Source: Candidatus Onthoplasma faecigallinarum (GTDB lineage: Bacteria > Bacillota > Clostridia > Christensenellales > UBA1242). From it: a stretch of DNA of 37,802 nucleotides. Positions 36,877 through 37,802 of this stretch are shown piece after piece (the first letter of the stretch is position 1; each line of letters begins with the position of its first letter). The notes under the pieces are model-generated. The model searched no databases. It saw only the letters and a program-made list of their open reading frames with translations, and was not told where the DNA came from. The position numbers and the translations under genes were made by a program. The stretch is taken from assembly GCA_018715225.1 (NCBI GenBank), contig DVMB01000057.1:1-37802 (forward strand), read 5' to 3'.

Positions 36877-36950
36877 AAAAACCTCTATTAATTATAGTTA
36901 ATTGTAGCATATTTGTTTTTTATAAACAACGGACTATAAGCAACAATTTA

Positions 36951-36979
36951 TTGACAAAAGTTTTTGTTTGTGATATTAT
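36951..36979 (+). promoter_or_regulatory. sigma-A promoter for the methyltransferase gene
   Basis: TTGACA, a 17-nt spacer, then TATTAT. An AAGGAG RBS precedes the ATG at 36999. It is divergent from the C-R operon. Confidence 0.55.
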
Positions 36980-36998
36980 ATAAAATAAGGAGTTCAGT

Positions 36999-37697
36999 AT
37001 GAGTGAAGACGTTACAGCATATTCAATATATAGTAAAAAAGCTAGAAATAATACAAAAATAAATCCCTTAAAAGATTTGTTTCCAGAATTACCTGATAAA
37101 AAATATCAAGTTATATATGCCGATCCTCCATGGGATTATGGTGGGAAGTTACAATATGACAAATCTACAATAAAAGGTGAAAATATCGGTTTTAAGAAAG
37201 ATATTTTTATAAGCTCTGCCTCTTTTAAATATCCTACTCTAAAATTAAAAGAATTAATGATGTTAGATGTTGATAAAATTGCAGATAAAGATTGCATATT
37301 GTTTATGTGGACTACAGGACCTCAAATGTCTAACTCAATTAAATTGGGAGAATCTTGGGGCTTTGAATATAAAACGGTTGCATTTGTGTGGGATAAAATG
37401 GTTCATAACCCTGGCAGATATACTCTATCACAAACTGAATTTGTTTTGGCATTTAAAAAGGGAAAATTTCCTTTGCCAAGAGGAGCACGTAACATAAAAC
37501 AGCTTATAAGCATACATCGTGGGAAACATAGTGAAAAACCAATAGAAGTAATTGAAGGCATTACAAAAATGTTTCCTAGTCAAGATAAGATTGAATTGTT
37601 TGCAAGGAAAAACTACAATAATTGGGATAATTGGGGATTGGAAATTCCCGATTCTAAAATAACTATTCCTACTATCAATGATTTAAAAGATAATTAA
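36999..37697 (+). CDS. MT-A70-family DNA N6-adenine methyltransferase
   Basis: IYADPPWDYGG (DPPW catalytic motif) and the C-terminal ELFARKNYNNWDNWGLE are typical of MT-A70-like enzymes. Confidence 0.87.
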   Translation: MSEDVTAYSIYSKKARNNTKINPLKDLFPELPDKKYQVIYADPPWDYGGKLQYDKSTIKGENIGFKKDIFISSASFKYPTLKLKELMMLDVDKIADKDCILFMWTTGPQMSNSIKLGESWGFEYKTVAFVWDKMVHNPGRYTLSQTEFVLAFKKGKFPLPRGARNIKQLISIHRGKHSEKPIEVIEGITKMFPSQDKIELFARKNYNNWDNWGLEIPDSKITIPTINDLKDN

Positions 37698-37759
37698 ATT
37701 ATAATAAATTTTTTTTAATTTTTATATCTTATGTTTCTAAAAATCAAAAGGAGTAATTC

Positions 37760-37802
37760 ATGAACAAAGCTGTTATATATGCAAGATATTCAAGTGATAG
37801 TC
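37760..37802 (+). CDS. serine recombinase, N-terminal 14 codons only (truncated by window end)
   Basis: AAAGGAG RBS, then MNKAVIYARYSSDS. The A.IY.R.S(S/T) pattern is the resolvase/invertase catalytic-serine N-terminus. Confidence 0.55.
   Translation, partial: MNKAVIYARYSSDS

Larger units (their letters stand above)
33899..37802. mobile_element. putative accessory / defence island, possibly part of an integrated element (right end outside window)
   Basis: After the lipoprotein terminator the content switches to non-housekeeping genes: DUF4062 protein, a 79-aa ORF, a C-R-M module, and the N-terminus of a serine recombinase. These ORFs are strongly Asn/Lys/Ile-rich. No flanking repeats can be checked because only one side is visible. 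Confidence 0.4.

Noticed and set aside
37267-37497. 76-aa alternative-frame ORF inside the methyltransferase gene
   Set aside because: It is nested in a confidently identified MT-A70 gene and has no RBS.

Overview
Visibly AT-rich chromosome segment from an endospore-forming low-GC Bacillota member (spoIVA present; TGA used as a stop). The window opens inside a minus-strand 23S rRNA gene that has its own promoter region and no 16S gene upstream. About 31 kb of mostly housekeeping genes follow: floA/nfeD, ogg, spoIVA, lgt, a glmM-like mutase, ung, ileS, acpS, recX, eno-cmk, rubrerythrin, rarA, gap and a second UDG-superfamily glycosylase. Orphan membrane and low-complexity proteins are interspersed among them. 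From ~33.9 kb the sequence becomes an accessory island. It holds a stand-alone DUF4062 (TIR / nucleoside-deoxyribosyltransferase-like) protein with a 79-aa upstream ORF, a C-protein-controlled EcoRI-like / MT-A70 type II R-M module, and the first codons of a serine recombinase. My best candidate for an undescribed system is the DUF4062 + 79-aa gene pair with its operator-bearing promoter (34435-35834). Other points worth a second look: an Ile-rich leaderless mini-ORF plus terminator in front of ileS where a T-box would be expected; a recurring extended -10 / N6 / ATG (leaderless mRNA) arrangement concentrated on DNA-repair genes; the 16S-unlinked 23S gene; and a 666-aa orphan. I found no CRISPR array, tRNA or transposase. 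All domain calls come from motif recognition by eye, not from database searches.
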